A stretch of DNA of 64,000 bases, from NCBI GenBank assembly GCA_051362555.1, contig CM120640.1, positions 24,910,225 to 24,974,224 of the forward strand, read 5' to 3'. Source of the stretch: Lingula anatina. Its lineage: Eukaryota > Animalia > Brachiopoda. Positions 1 to 15,746 of this stretch are shown in pieces. A model generated the notes under the pieces. That model was not told the DNA's origin. It saw only the letters and a program-made list of their open reading frames with translations, and made no database searches. The position numbers and the translations under genes are program-made. Positions within the stretch are counted from its first letter, which is position 1. Each line of letters starts with the position of its first letter.

Positions 1-210
1 TGGTAATATATTCTAAAAAACCTGCTATAAAAGAAATTTGTAAAATATGTTAAAACCTCAGAAGAAATATGTCTTATAACCTTTTCAAACACTTCTGTTG
101 AAGAGCAACATACACCAAAAGAATAAAACATAACTTTTGCCTAAAAGATATCTATGAACGCCTCTGATCCTTTCCCTTCCATTTTGTAACATGAACTGTT
201 ATATTGCTAG

Positions 211-1495
<1,285 letters not shown>

Positions 1496-3150
1496 GTAAG
1501 GGGCCTAAGCTTTTTCCTCTCATTGTTGCTGTGCTGGGTTTCATTCATTGTATATTGGTATAACTAACAAGTAGAAAAAGTAGCATTAATTTCAGTGAAT
1601 TACTTTAACAGTATTGAGAATAGTGGTTCATTTTGGTCACTTTTGCTAATTGGACTTTTTTCCAAATGTAAAGAAAATAATACTAAAAAATTTTGGTTTA
1701 TGGAATATTATTGTATTATATTGAATAACATAGGGTATTATAATGGTAATAAGTTGGCTTCATCACATAACTGTAGAATTTGTCAATTATATATTTTGAT
1801 GGAAAGGTAAAAAAGATGAACCAGAATTATCAACAGGTATATGCCCAAATTTACAGACACTTAATTATGGCAGGCAGGCAAAAAGCATACCAGTCATTAC
1901 ATTTTTGTCAGTCTTTGAATTCCCCTGAAACTTCTTTCTTTTTAAGCAATAACTTGCCTTACTCGTGTAGAGAGTTCTGTAGAGATTTAGAAACTGTAAT
2001 TTGAAAGGCATTACTTCCTAAAGAAAAAAAATGCTGGTTCATCCTTCATTTCTGATGTAATATTAATAAAGTTTCAGGGACAGGTAACTTGTTCAGGTGG
2101 ATGTGTAGAAGTAGCAGTAGCAGCACAACCACCCTAAGGCACCATTAAAGAGTGTATGTGCAGTATACATACCATCGTAGTAAAGATCCACCTTTTTATG
2201 ACCTAAAAAGCACTAAAATGTGGATTCATCACAGATGGTCTTAAAGACTGCACAAATTGATTAATTGTTTGCATTTAAACTCACCATTACAGGAAGTGCG
2301 TAGGAGAGTGACCACCTTCGGCACGTCATATCAACGCAAATACTAAATGACTGGTAATGATTAACATCGTAATAAATTGACTTATAAACGTTATGTGGCA
2401 GCCAAACACCTGCTCTGCTCTTTTCCTTAGTTATAAATCATTTTGCTGAAGATAACTAAAAAGAAACATTTCAGTTTGTAATATATATACATGTAAGCAA
2501 AGCTAAGCTCTTTTGCAATTTACATTTATTAACACAATTCAGTCCCTTAAAATGCTTCTTTTTTTTTTTTTAACTCTGGAACAAGAGCAGCATCAGTTGG
2601 AAGGGTTTTTCTAAAAAGGAATATTTGGAGCTTGGTAACAGCAAATCATCACCATCATATGCTTCAGTTTGGCTGCCATATAGAACATTGGTACTATCCC
2701 ATCAACCTGCAAATATATATATTCTCTTGAAATATAGCATGGAGAATCTGAACTATTGCTTGCACATAGCTCTAACAATGGCTTCTACTTATTAATATTT
2801 TATCAGGGCTTGGCACGTTCCCATAAGGAGGGAAGCATGGCCTCTCGCCTCCCTGTAAGGTAATTTCAGTAACAGTCAGTAATCATCAGCATTGTCATTA
2901 ACATTTTGCCTGATGTTAGTGTGGCACTTGTAGCAATTGCTATTAGAAGAACATGTTCTTTAAAGGTGCCAAGGGATATTTTATATATCCTACAAAATAA
3001 CTTTTTAACAAACCTTGAGAACAGTACTAATTTATTATAGACATATTTGATGATTTGTGATGCTGAAAATTAAAAAAAATAGCAAAAATTGGCCTTTTAT
3101 TTGTAATGGGGGAAGCACACAGGCATAATGTTAATAGAGCATTTGTTTAA

Positions 3151-3391
3151 AGGCACAAAGAACTGATTATGTATTTAAATGAAAGATATTTGTTATTGTT
3201 GAACATTATACGACTCGAATAGGTAATGTTTAACATTAAGATTGGATTGTTAAAAAGTCATTAAAATTCTAGGATTCCAAGAGATTTATTTGGACCATAT
3301 GGAATTCAAAAATTTGTTTTGATGCACTAAATGAATGAAGAGACTCATATGAACAAAATATTTTCCCCTAAGCCCCCCTCACCTTGTGCCT
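3151..3391. mobile_element. Short non-autonomous element with TTAA flanks (Kolobok-like MITE) downstream of the KANK coding exons
   Basis: ttaa|AGGCACAAAG at 3151 and CCTTGTGCCT|ttaa ending 3391: a 9/10 inverted match with TTAA on both sides. The TIR is short, so support is weak. Confidence 0.4.
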
Positions 3392-6300
3392 TTAAACATT
3401 TCATGTAACTTGTTTTAATTTTTTATGCGTTTTTGCTTATACATTGTAAGAAACTGATAGTTTGACTCTCACAAGAATAACAGCACTACAACATCACACG
3501 AACAAAACTGTTAGTGCCACTCATTTCACTGCAAGCAGTAGGCATGAAAATATGTCCCATATTCAAACCCATTTCCTTGAAAATTTGTTCTGTGTGCCTC
3601 TGCATCAAATGTTTCTTTGAATATATTGACACACAAAATCAACAAAACATTTTTGTAGGCTAAGCAATTTGGGCTCAGTATTTTGTGTTAATCAATGACA
3701 CCAGAACTGGCATCTAACCTTGGTCTTGTCAGAAACTGTAAACGCATGTTTACAGTGCTGTATTTTTAATCTTGTATATTTATGTATGTTACAGTGAAAT
3801 TTTGCATTGTGATGGATGTGGTTTTGAGTCCTACCAAAATAAATTTAATGCATTGCATGGGTATTTTTTAGAAATTGACAAATTATAAAGATTTTAAAAT
3901 AATTACACCTTTCCCCGTCTTTAAATTTTAATTGTAGAATTGCCCATAATTAAATGCCCCTATAACCTGCATGTTTTATGGACACCATTTGGTTTTCTAA
4001 TAGACTTGATACATCCTAGGTGATAAACCATTAGAAACATCATTTACACATCTGGCTAATACATGTTTTTCCTGTTTTTTATTTCAGCTTGAGTAAAAAA
4101 TGAATATGTCTGGTGCGAGTTGAAGTACATGATTACGTGGTGACGACCAGATATGCAGCTCCTCCCACAGCTTCTGCCATGGATATTGCGAAGGAAAATG
4201 AAACATGAGGGGTGATGTAGAGAAGATTCATAACCAGAACCATGTGTACCAGCACACACTGCTGTTTAACTTGCAGTAGCATTTATGCCTTGTCTAAACA
4301 ACGTTATTGTATTGTGAATATGTTATATATTCCTACTGGTCATATTACTGCAACTTGGAAGATAATATTAACTGAATATTGTGATATGTAAGACACAGGG
4401 TTTGCCAAAATTAGTTCTGTAGAAAAAATAAGCATTTTAAATACTGCCAATCTGCAGCCATCAAACAGCAGGACATTATGAACTTTTTATACGTGAAGAG
4501 ATGAATACAAACAAATGTATTGTTCATAGTCTTTTTATTTTCAATACTGTGCTAGTTTTCGACTGCATAAGATGTGCTTTTTACCAGACACATTGTAACA
4601 GTAAGCTGCCATAAATATTTAACATTTGAGAAAATTATTAAGAAAACTTCCACAAAAAGTATTAACATATTTACACACTCTCTCTCTCTCTATATATATA
4701 TAGCAATAACGATCATGAATTATTTATTCATATAAATTTTGTGAGGTGCCGGTTGTTTGTACTTTATTATGGTATTATGCAATATAGTCTGCTGCCGACG
4801 TAGTGGTGTCTTCAATACTAAATGGTGCAGTTAAGATGGCCTTGTATTTTAATAATTCTATTTTCAGATATATTTCTTTGAAACATATACTAGACAGTTA
4901 ATCCTAATATGTGCAAACTCCACTTGAGCATCTGCCTTTTGCAAAGGTTACAATGAAGTGCCTGGAGGAAAAGCAAAATTTGTATGTTTTTAATATGTAA
5001 CATATATATGTATGTGATTTGAAATATGATCATAATATACTATATTCATTATGCAACAATTACTTTGGGGGTATTTATACCATTGGGTGTGAATAAATAA
5101 TACCTTGTGAAACTGAATCCAAGGTTTTTTGATACTATCTGCCTTAGGAATATTTCACTTGGTTCATAAAGTCAGTTGGTTCATAAAGTTTCAAAATACA
5201 TAGTGCCAGTCTCTTGAAGGGAAGGTTAATTAACCTGATGACTGGAATTTAAAATGTTACCAATGGCTATAATTGTTATTCTGTAACTGATTTTAGAAAA
5301 TCAAACCATTTTAAAGTAATATTTCACTAACACTGCTGTAACAAAGATAACATGGTTTTGAAGAAATCTGCATGTAAGACATATTTAAGAATTTCATCCA
5401 TTATTCCATGTGTATTTATTCATACTATCATCGGTTAAATATTGTGCTTACACATTGCAGCACATTGTATTTGCCTTCATATTACATGTTGTCAGACCAC
5501 ACAATAGGAATTGTTTGCCCTTGGGTGACACAATTATAATGAACCTTCGTAAACACGATAAATTGTATTTTCCCATCTTGTAGGAGAAGATTTAAACTTA
5601 GATGTAGACAAATTTGGGATGCACTTGTTGTGGAACTGTGATGGTATGGAACACTTTTGCAATACTGTGCTAGACATAGAGGTGATAGGGGTTTGTATAT
5701 TTAGATTTAATCAGATGTGCTAATGCAGCTGGATAAGAAATATGAAATAGGCTACAATGATCCTTATTGATTATTTAGGAACTTTGTATGGATGTATGCT
5801 ATATATCTATTAATAATAATAATGCTTCCAATATTAAATGTCTTGTAGTGACTTGTGAATATTTTTCTCTAGTGATTGTAGTTGCCTTCTAATTACAGCA
5901 GGACAAATAAATGTCAACATTTTCAGTGAAAGATGACACATACTATATAATTTAAATGCGTAGAAAAACATTAGTTTGGATGCCAGAATCGTTTAAAGAC
6001 AAGTGGAATAACCTGAGAGAAAGCCAAGTTGCATCGGTCAGATCTGGCTGAAAATAAACTGGGACACTGCCTTCTAAAATTAAGAATGGCTAATGCCATT
6101 GAGTTTAGATTCCTCAGTCAACCACTTCAGTCAAAACTCGTTTACTTTTGAGATTTGAAGAGAATTGAGGTGGAAACTTGCACAATAAGAAGTGTGCTGT
6201 GAGGTCCAGGCGAGCAGAGTCTTCTCTAACGCACTCGATTGTTAGTTGTTTGCAATGTACGCCAAGTTAATAGTATACTCGACTAGCCCGTAGATGTAAC

Positions 6301-7028
6301 ATAAACACCCTATGTTAGAACAGAGAGAGAGAGAGAGAGACTTGTAAACGCCAGTGGTGTGTTCCGAGAGGCAGAAATGCCTCATAGGTTTGGTCGAATC
6401 CACACGTAGACATAGCCACTTCACATTTCAACTGAGTCTTTTTTTAGGATCACGTCATGCTACTTTAAAAAAACCCAGTTTATAACATTGCTCAAAAAGT
6501 CAAATAAGAAGGATTACTGCCGTAGTGAAAGTCAACCCTAAGTCTACTTGCTTTAGCACGCGTTAATCTTTGGTAAACACAGTGTGGGCCTTTAGGCGTG
6601 GTCTGGTGACTTCGCATAGGAGTGGTCCCCTCCCACCTGTTGCAGTGTTAAGAAACTGCTCGGCTGTTCTAACAACCAGATGAAGATTTTATTATTGGGT
6701 GGAGAATTCCCGCCTCTACATATCTTTCTCTGTAATATTTGCTTTTTTTGTAATGACTCGCAGGGCTTATGAGACAATGCATACGTATTTGCTTCAGCAA
6801 AAACGATAAACGCATATAGTATAATAATGTGAAAAAACGGATATTTTTGTTTTTGTGTAAAATGCTCAATTCTGAATTACGTCGAAAGTGTTTCTTAAAT
6901 TGCTGAACATGTAGAACAGAACTTTATATGGCACATCATTCTCTCTAAAATGTTCATTGTAAATAAGTTGACGTTGTAACACGTCAATTTAGCAAATGCG
7001 CATATAACCTTTTATGAAACATACTCAC

Positions 7029-9700
7029 TTATATCACACTAAGATAGGTCTCTCCTGATACAAAACGTTTTGATTCTTGCCCAGTTAGAAGAAGTAACGA
7101 ACCCATAGGTGGCAATCCGCAGCACAGCTGATGGCGAATTACACTCAGCTATGCCAACATCTTGCCTTGTGTGGATTCATGTTTCTGGACATGCTGCCAT
7201 GCTTCTGGATATGATCTTCGTTTAGCCTGTAAATGCTCCTTTGTCAAAGATTTGAGACTTGTACTAATTATGTTAGTATATACTGCCTTAAGACGGTTTT
7301 GAGACTGCCTTTTAATCGACAATATTTCACTTAATTTTCAATGAAATTTAAATCGGTTAAGATTATGAAATTGGTCTTAACGCATTTGATGATTGCCAAC
7401 AGTTTGGAAAGTAAGAAATAAAAATAAGAAAAAATAAGAAAATGAATGGCAATAATGTGATTTAAAGGCAGAAAATAATTATCGTTTTCCTTCGTACTCC
7501 ACTTCGAAGATGCGTGAATTATCCCTTTCTTACCTAACTCCAAGAATTTTCCCTTTCTTACCTAACTCCAAATAACTCTTCAAGCGTGTCCCAGAAAAGG
7601 ACTTATTTCAATGAACCACTCACATGCTTTTGTTATTTTCAAAATTTTCATTAAAATATTTCGCGTTAGTGATGAAAGTGAACTTGTGTATCATTAGTGG
7701 TAACGTTTAGATTTTCTGCCATCACTATTTCAACCTAACCTACGCAGAAAAAATGTTACGCTAATTATCAATGCATGTTAAGTAAAGTATATACCCACAA
7801 TAGTTTAAGCTTCCCGTTTCTTCTGCTGACCACTTATTGTTAATTAACTCCTCACCTATCTCATAACAGGTACCAAACCGCGACAGTTTCACCCTAGCCA
7901 AGTCGTTCAATATACTCACAAGAGAGAAAGTCGTGTTTGCCTGCACCCAGCTTATTCTGGGATGTTTACTTCGCTTTCATCTTCATATTTGCCAATGGAA
8001 AGCTTCTTAAGTCCTGTTTGCTCCATTAGCTTGGGACGCTAAAATGATGCCTTCCTTTTATGTATTTAGCCTTCGTGTGTTTCCCAACATCTCGACTTTT
8101 CCCGCCAATTGTATATTGCGTTCGTATTTAATCTCGTCCTCCAGTCGTCTGCCTTGTTGGGGTTGATGCAAGGCCGCTTCTCATCTATCAATGTTTTGCC
8201 TTGCAAGTTCAAAGCTTATGCCTACCAAAACTCTTTTTTTTTACTTAAATTATCGCAATTAATTACATATGATAATTGAAAATAATTTTTATAAAAAAAA
8301 AAAAAAAAAAACTTTTTAGAAATTCTATTAATGTATTTCAAATGTAGGGTCACACACCGTTAAGAGATAAAAATATTCAAGATACCCAACCCTTTAACCC
8401 TCACGAATCTAAGGGGCGTAACAATAATACAGGTGAACTGAAAAATTGGTATAGAGAATTTTGTCTTGTTATTCAATTTTTCTGTCGACTACTGTTTTAG
8501 ATGAAAACAAAAATATGTAAAAGAAAACTAAAAAGAGGATTTTATGACACAAATTATCATACACTATTATACGAAATTCAATCCCCAAAAATAATTTATT
8601 ACACCTAAGTCATATTTTACACTTTATAGCAAAAACCGGTTAGGAACAAACAACCTTAGTAGTTGAAATAGTACACGTATCAAGGCAATATATTTGCAAA
8701 TCGGGTGACTTATTCCGATTTACTAGCTGGCATGTTGGTTCATCTTTGAACTATAACCTGTCATGGAATATTATGTAATGCATGGAAACATATAAAGAAG
8801 AAAAATTCTAATTTGGTCGAGCAGTTTCTTTCGTTATTATTCAAACGGAGAGGTTTAGTGGCTCTGACCTAAGACAATTACCTTGGCAAAAACGAAACTG
8901 AAATCAAGAGAAATGGAAGAAGATCACTCTTCTTTCTTTTTCTCACAACTTCAAGGTATCTCTCCCTCCCTCGCTCTCCCCCTCCCCCTCTCCCCTCTCT
9001 CTCTCTTAACCTCTAGTAAGAATACGATCCTAGAGTGCAGCTTCATAAAACAGACAAGCAAATTGAGATCTTATTTCTAGGTGTGTAAAAAGCATGTCCT
9101 CTTTCCCACATATTAGTTTTGCAATATGGTGCTGCATCTCAGGTTACAAGCATCACAAAGAAATTACCTTATACACCGACGTTACTTAAATATTAACTAC
9201 GTACCAAAACAGGCAGATACTCACCTAGTTCAATACATAAAATACAACCCTACGGGAAGGCCCGTGTGGTCCACCGGAATTAACATGCGCCACAGTTCTT
9301 CTGTCTAACATTAAAGTGGGAACAATGAACAGTGCCTATATTTAAAATGATCACAAAGGACTTCCATGTTAATGCCTGCCAAAACTACTAGGTAAGCAGT
9401 GCATTTTAAAAAAACTCACCGACTTTTCTCTTCCAGCTGATCCACTTCAGTATGGTCTCGCTCTGGTTACATCGGTGGCACGAAACGATATGACGTCGTT
9501 TCTTTCAGAGTTAATCGAAGCTCTTAATGACCGAAAATAAAAATATATAACACTATATTAACTAATGATACACAATTCTTCGCCATACAATAGACCCCTC
9601 ACTTGTGCATGACCGCGTTAAAAATCGCTGAATAAACGCGAAGCTGCCGGGTAAGACTGGAGAGGACGCTTTTGATCCCCTTCCCCTTTGTGAAAACGAT
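7029..9700 (-). ncRNA. Candidate spliced non-coding transcript or decayed pseudogene
   Basis: Minus-strand TATAAAG at 9734-9728 in a CpG-richer patch; GTGAGT donors at 9419, 9224, 7919 and 7028 and GTAATT at 8881, with plausible acceptors. No sustained ORF across the putative exons. Confidence 0.3.
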
Positions 9701-10158
9701 GAACTAAATTTGCGGTGCAAGCCGCCTCTTTATACATCACTTTCGAATACATATTTCAATATTTAACCAGTATTGAACGTGCATAATGAGGGCTTTTAGC
9801 GTCTAGTTACCGTTGATATGTACACAAGCCAAAGTTGGCTAAATCCTTTTTCAATGTAGAAAACAATAGCATCGTTTAACCAGGGTCGGTCGTAGGGCAT
9901 AGAGTATACACAGTCTTAGACTTACACAGACATTAACACACAGACGCGCATACTCAATGAAACTTACATACACACCAACAGACGTGCAATGTTGCCGACA
10001 TTGCAGATTTCAAGATTTGCAGATCTGTTGTTGAACGTTGTATTAACAAAATCTATCTAAAAAAGCACGGAATATGTGTAAATAATGTGTAAAAGTGTAT
10101 TCTGTTTGATAGGGTCTCAAACGCAAAGTCGCACACAGGGTTGTAATAATGTTTTTTC

Positions 10159-10160
<2 letters not shown>

Positions 10161-10192
<32 letters not shown>
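10161..10192. repeat. (TTA)n microsatellite
   Basis: About 10 perfect TTA copies, followed by a degenerate (GTT/GCT) run. Confidence 0.95.
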
Positions 10193-10194
<2 letters not shown>

Positions 10195-13100
10195 TGTTGC
10201 TGTTGTTGTCGTTGTTATTTTTTTGGGGGGTGTCATTGATCATCACGGTCTAAAAAACTTGATAAAAATATATCAAAGTTTGCAGAAATATTAAAAAAAA
10301 ACATTTTATTATTTCAATATAGCCAGTTTGCGCATCTTTTCCGATAAATGCTTTTATGTTTGTAAATCTACAAAAATAAAGATAATTGTGGACTAACCAT
10401 AATATTTCGCTGCACTGAATCTATTTTTAGTGACTGAAGTAGTCTTTTTGAATTGAAATATGAGTTAGTTTCCACCTAAGCATTTATTACACAGAGAAGA
10501 AACGGGAGAAAGCCGGAAAGTCGATCTTGTCCTTAAGGTCATGTCCCGGAAGGTGCCTTTCCATATCACTGGCAAGACGACGCCGAGAACAAATGCACCA
10601 CTCAGCTTATATGAGCACCACACGCCAACTTCAACGTTAACGTGATGTCCAAAATGAAATGTGGTGTCAAATGTGGTTTCTGTTTGTAGAAATCAATAAG
10701 GTACACCGTGATTATTGACATTGGTCACAATTGCGAAAGGACGGGTCGTTATAGACGTTGTTACGCAACTGCAGTGAAAAGGAAAGGAAAGCTACGCACA
10801 TCGACCGGTAAATGCTGTTTGACATCTGGGTCTCTTTCTAGTAGGTGATATTAAACATTTCAAGCCAAGCCTCTTGTGTTTCTTGATATATAATTTATTT
10901 CACTAACCCCACCTACAATTTCTGATGAAACATTCAATTCATTTTACCAACAGGGCTATTCAAATTATCCTTTCTGATTATTCACATTTGAGTGTGTGGA
11001 GGGAATGGAAAAAACTGACGAAATATTTTAATGTTCATATACAAAAGATTGAACTCCAGAATTATCACGATGGTGCGTTCACAGCAATATATTATAGATA
11101 TAGTCTGTCACATCTAACGATTGCACAAGCACAAGCAGAATTTCGATTACGGAGGCACTCTCACTTTTTAAGACTCTTATCTGTTATCACACTCCATTAC
11201 TGAAAAATATTGCAAACCACTTAAGGGTGCCAGTTATTTTTCAGATTTAAGTAAGAACCAAAGCTAAGAACATGTGATTGTATATGCATATGAAATTATT
11301 TTTAAAATTGCAACTCTTACGAAACTATTTTTCTTTTAAATACAATTAAACTCAAAGGATCATGAAAAAAGCATTTTTAGCAAGGGTATTTTACACCAAA
11401 ATAATAATAACAAGAATTATTTATATTATATTGGTATTGTGGCAGGAAATGTGCTTATAAGCACCACTGAAATGGGAAGACATGAGGAAGACAAAAAAAT
11501 GAAAACGGGTGTCTCCATTAATAGATAATACTTTGCAAGCAATTAAAAAGACAGACCAGGGATTTGCATCCGAAAAGATTAAATTTATCTACCATTTAGT
11601 TGTTTGAACATATACCCTCAATGGGACATAAAGCATCTCAGGTCGTTGAAAGTTCCATTTTATCCAGAATTTTTTGGGGGTCGGCATAGGCAAGAGCCTA
11701 TGATTCATTTCCCATATGACACGAAGATTACATCAGAAACACAAAGACGAAAAGACCGCCTATTGTCGCCCAATCCTTGACAGACACACCCTAATCTTTT
11801 GTAAACGAGGTACTTAAACAAACATTTCCAAATTACAAAGTTGGGTCCTAGACCAAGACCAAGAAACTCCGCTCTGGCCCCAAATCTGATTGACAGGGAA
11901 CCGTTTGATAATAGACATTGCCGTGACCGCAGTCTCTGAAGAGAAAGACCGGAGCAAGCAGATTCCAGATGACAGCAAAGTGCGGTTGCCATGACCATGC
12001 CTCTCCGAGTAAACATCAGCTCTAATACGAAGAGGTGGATTGTTTGCTGTACACACACATCAACATTAAGTGAGGATTTACTTTCGCCAGCAAATACAAG
12101 CCAATGTTGGTGCATCGATTCTAACCGGCTGGTGAGAAGAAAACACTTTTAGAGGAACAGCGAGATATAGAGATATTCTCACAGGCGCGCGGATAAGTTT
12201 CATGTTAAAATAACGCTTCTCTCTCATTTTCCCCTTTAAGAAAAATAATTTTGTTCAAAAAATAAAAAAGATAAACACTAGTAATATAAATAAAGAAGCA
12301 ACGCGTCAACTTTATTGTCTGAATTTTGTAAAAACACATTGTTCCGAAATTTGTCCTGTGATTTGATATTTTGGGTCCTTTTAGTCTACCTCTAATGGGC
12401 GCCTTAAAAAAGACGACATAGCATTTTAAATTTGGCGTGACATTTTAGTTTCAAATCAATTGCTGTATCCAGGTAATTAATACAGACCTGGGAGTGTTGA
12501 TATAGCGTAATCCGTTGTGAACGGCATGGTTTAATGTTTAAGCATAATTTCCTTTAAGTTGTTGAAATTAATAACTTCTACCAGTAAATGTACTTGTCAA
12601 GACAGAGTATTGCTGGCGGCGAAGATGATTTCAGACTAATATATGCACAGTCATTGTGTGATATTAATCAATGTGTTGACTGCCGCCAGACTATTGCCAG
12701 GGACACTCAGGCACTCTTTCAACCGTCAAGGAAAATTCAGTTTCTGAACAGTCTCAAATATTATCTTATGTCAAATTGTTGAGTTTCTTTAGGTCAAATC
12801 TAAGTATAAATTTACTTTAAAATCTTAAGATTTAAAATGAACACCGAATTCAGAAACTAGGACATAAATGTGCTGCAGATAATAACTTTACCAATAAATT
12901 ACATCTGATGTGATTCCTTGATAAGAAGTTCTTCACATGCCTATACCGTGAACGCATTATCCATCAAGTTCTTGCTCACTCTTAGAGACATGTGTTTTGT
13001 ATTACGATATCGTGGTCGATCCTAAATAAAACAAATTTTCCTTTCGGTCCTTTTTTTTCAAATATTTATAAGCAACAATTTTGGTTAAATACATATGTGG

Positions 13101-13742
13101 AAAAGATGTTGCGCCAGTGCTGTGAGACGACCTGTAATGTTGCTTAAAAGAACAACAAACGCAATTCAACAGATGTCCTGTCAGTGCACAACTAACACAA
13201 TTAAACCTATAAATTGCTGGAAAACTGCATCGTTCACAAAAATATCTTTAAGGACGAGCTTAGTCAAATTTATTTTTTTATCCAACAAAACCAATATGCC
13301 ATGCCATGATTAATGCTGCATAACAAGTGTTGCTGAAAACCTCATGAAACTTTCAGCTTAATCTAATCTTAATCTACAGTATTGCAGATTCAGCTGAAAG
13401 GTGGCAACTTTTCGACATATGCACAGTGGTGACAGAGGTAAATTATTAACAGAAATTAGAAATCATTGTTTAAATTTCAACTTTTAAAATGTGAAATTTC
13501 AAATTTAAACTAGGCAGCAAAGATGGCAAGTATACTGACACCAAACAGCAGAATAAATAACAATATTTAGTTTGGCAAAAAACGCAAATACAGTTTAGCA
13601 GTTATCGGGACTGATGTATGTTTTGGACAGTGATGACACAGACAAACACAGTGATCAGCATCAGAATATATACAAACACATACAGTGTCTATATAAAAAA
13701 GTTGAAAATCAAATATGAAACGCAACATTTGCACTTTATTTG

Positions 13743-15699
13743 TCAGAAATCACTATCTCTGTCAGAATCTGATGAAGTATCATAATCTAATCCTAAAAGA
13801 TTCATCTTTGCACTAGATGATTCTTTGGAAACACCAGACTGTGGCCTGGGACCATGTAGATCAAAGTGCACAATGCCAAATTTATCTCCAAAACTTTGCC
13901 CGTTTATGCCAAGTTCCTCTACATTATTCCTTTTGTATTTAGAATCCTCATAACTGCTTTGACTTTCTAAAGTAGAGGCATTTGTCAAACTCTTTCCTGC
14001 ATGCATGCAATGTCCATCCTCTTCTTTCAGTTTTGAACCCGACTTGTTAGAAAAAGCTTTCTTAATGCAACATTTGTTAATGTTTGACTTGGTGAAAACA
14101 GTGTTGAATTCCAAGGGTTTATCCAAACAATCAATGTCCACATTTAAATTTATGACATTTGTCCCATCCTTGACAATGCTCATGTTTTCTGGTAGATCAA
14201 GTAGGGGTGTTTCAATCTTTTGCATCTTTGAAAATTTATCTTCTTCAGCAGTTTGTGTTAAAGATATTTTCCCATCATCACTTTCTAAAAGTAAATAAAT
14301 ATTAAAAATTAACAAACCATTTCTAAGATCAAAGAATTAATAAAACAATCAGACGACAAACTGATGTAAATTCCATGGCACAAAAAGTGCATGTGGAGGA
14401 AGGGGAAAAAAAAGACTTGGGACAGAGAATTTCCTCTCCATCTTTTTTCTCGATAATACTTTTTAACAAATCTAATGATCAAAAATCAAATTAAGAGGGA
14501 TTATATGAGGTACACTGCTAATTGTGTTGTTATTTTTGTTGATATGATATTGAAAAAAATGGAAAAAAGTTTTAACATACTAGAAATGATGTAACAACGG
14601 GGCAGAATATTGTAGAATGACCTAAAAAATAAAACAGAACCTGGATCTACAAAAATTATCTGAATGCACAATAGAATGCATACCCTCTTCAAGACGCCTT
14701 TTCTTCCCACTATAAGGTCGGTCATTCCAAGGTGCATCACCTTCACTGGCAGTGGGGTCTAATGTCTTCAGTTTCTTCAGGAATGCTTTGTAGAGTCGCT
14801 CATATTTATTGACATTGTCTTTGTATTCCTGAATTTTACTTTCTGGGTAGCAGGGGACCTGTGATTGCTGAAATCAATATAAAAGTTTGTATGTGTTAAT
14901 TGAAAAAATGTTACAAAGACCACTACCCTGAGTACTGCTGTTGGTTGAAATACCTTGCTTAGTATAACATCTTGAACAAAATGAGAGAGGGGATAATTTC
15001 CATTATTGGAAAAAAGCTCATATTAAAGGTGACATATTAATGGATTAGACCGAGAAAAATGTAGATATTGTTTAATGGGGAAAATGATAACTACCAAACT
15101 AACAACAAAACTTCAAGATGTATAGATTTATACCATACAGTGTTACAAATTAATGTATAAACCTACCTTAAGATTGAAATCAATGTCTTTTTGAAGGCTT
15201 GGGATCCATTTCTTGATTTCCTCTGGAGCATTCAAGGTATCCTGTCACAAAATAGTTATCTGTGCAATTTATTGGATTACAATTTATATAATTCCATTAA
15301 AATTAACAATCTAATTTTTATAATCATACTAACACATTTTGGACATGAAATGACTTCAAGTTTGGACCAATTACATGTATATGAAAAAAGACTAGTTGGT
15401 TTTAAAAATCACATGTATTGTGTCTAAATCATAAATCAATTTTAAAATTCAGCATTAATGCTGGCAAAACCCATGGGCTACTCACCAGGTCATTAAATAT
15501 TCAGCTAATTTTTGGAATAATAAAGCATACTGGTATTACTTACCAATCTTGGTCTTGGTGGGTTTTTCTTTAGTTGCTCTGCAAAAGAGCATGTAAAATA
15601 CAATTTCCTCAAATAAGATATGTCTCGCTGTAAAAAGTAAATTTTAACCTGGAATGTGCATTGTGCTATCACCAGAGCAAATGTAAATCATCGTCATAA

Positions 15700-15746
<47 letters not shown>

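Noticed and set aside
10043-10294. Poly-Asn and poly-Ile ORFs
   Set aside because: These are translations of the (TTA)n microsatellite.
11705-12115. 136 aa minus-strand ORF
   Set aside because: No recognisable domain and no supporting splice structure.
12600-12700. Imperfect hairpin (CTGGCGGC ... GCCGCCAG) as a miRNA precursor
   Set aside because: The stem is interrupted and no known mature sequence is recognisable; more likely a decayed MITE.
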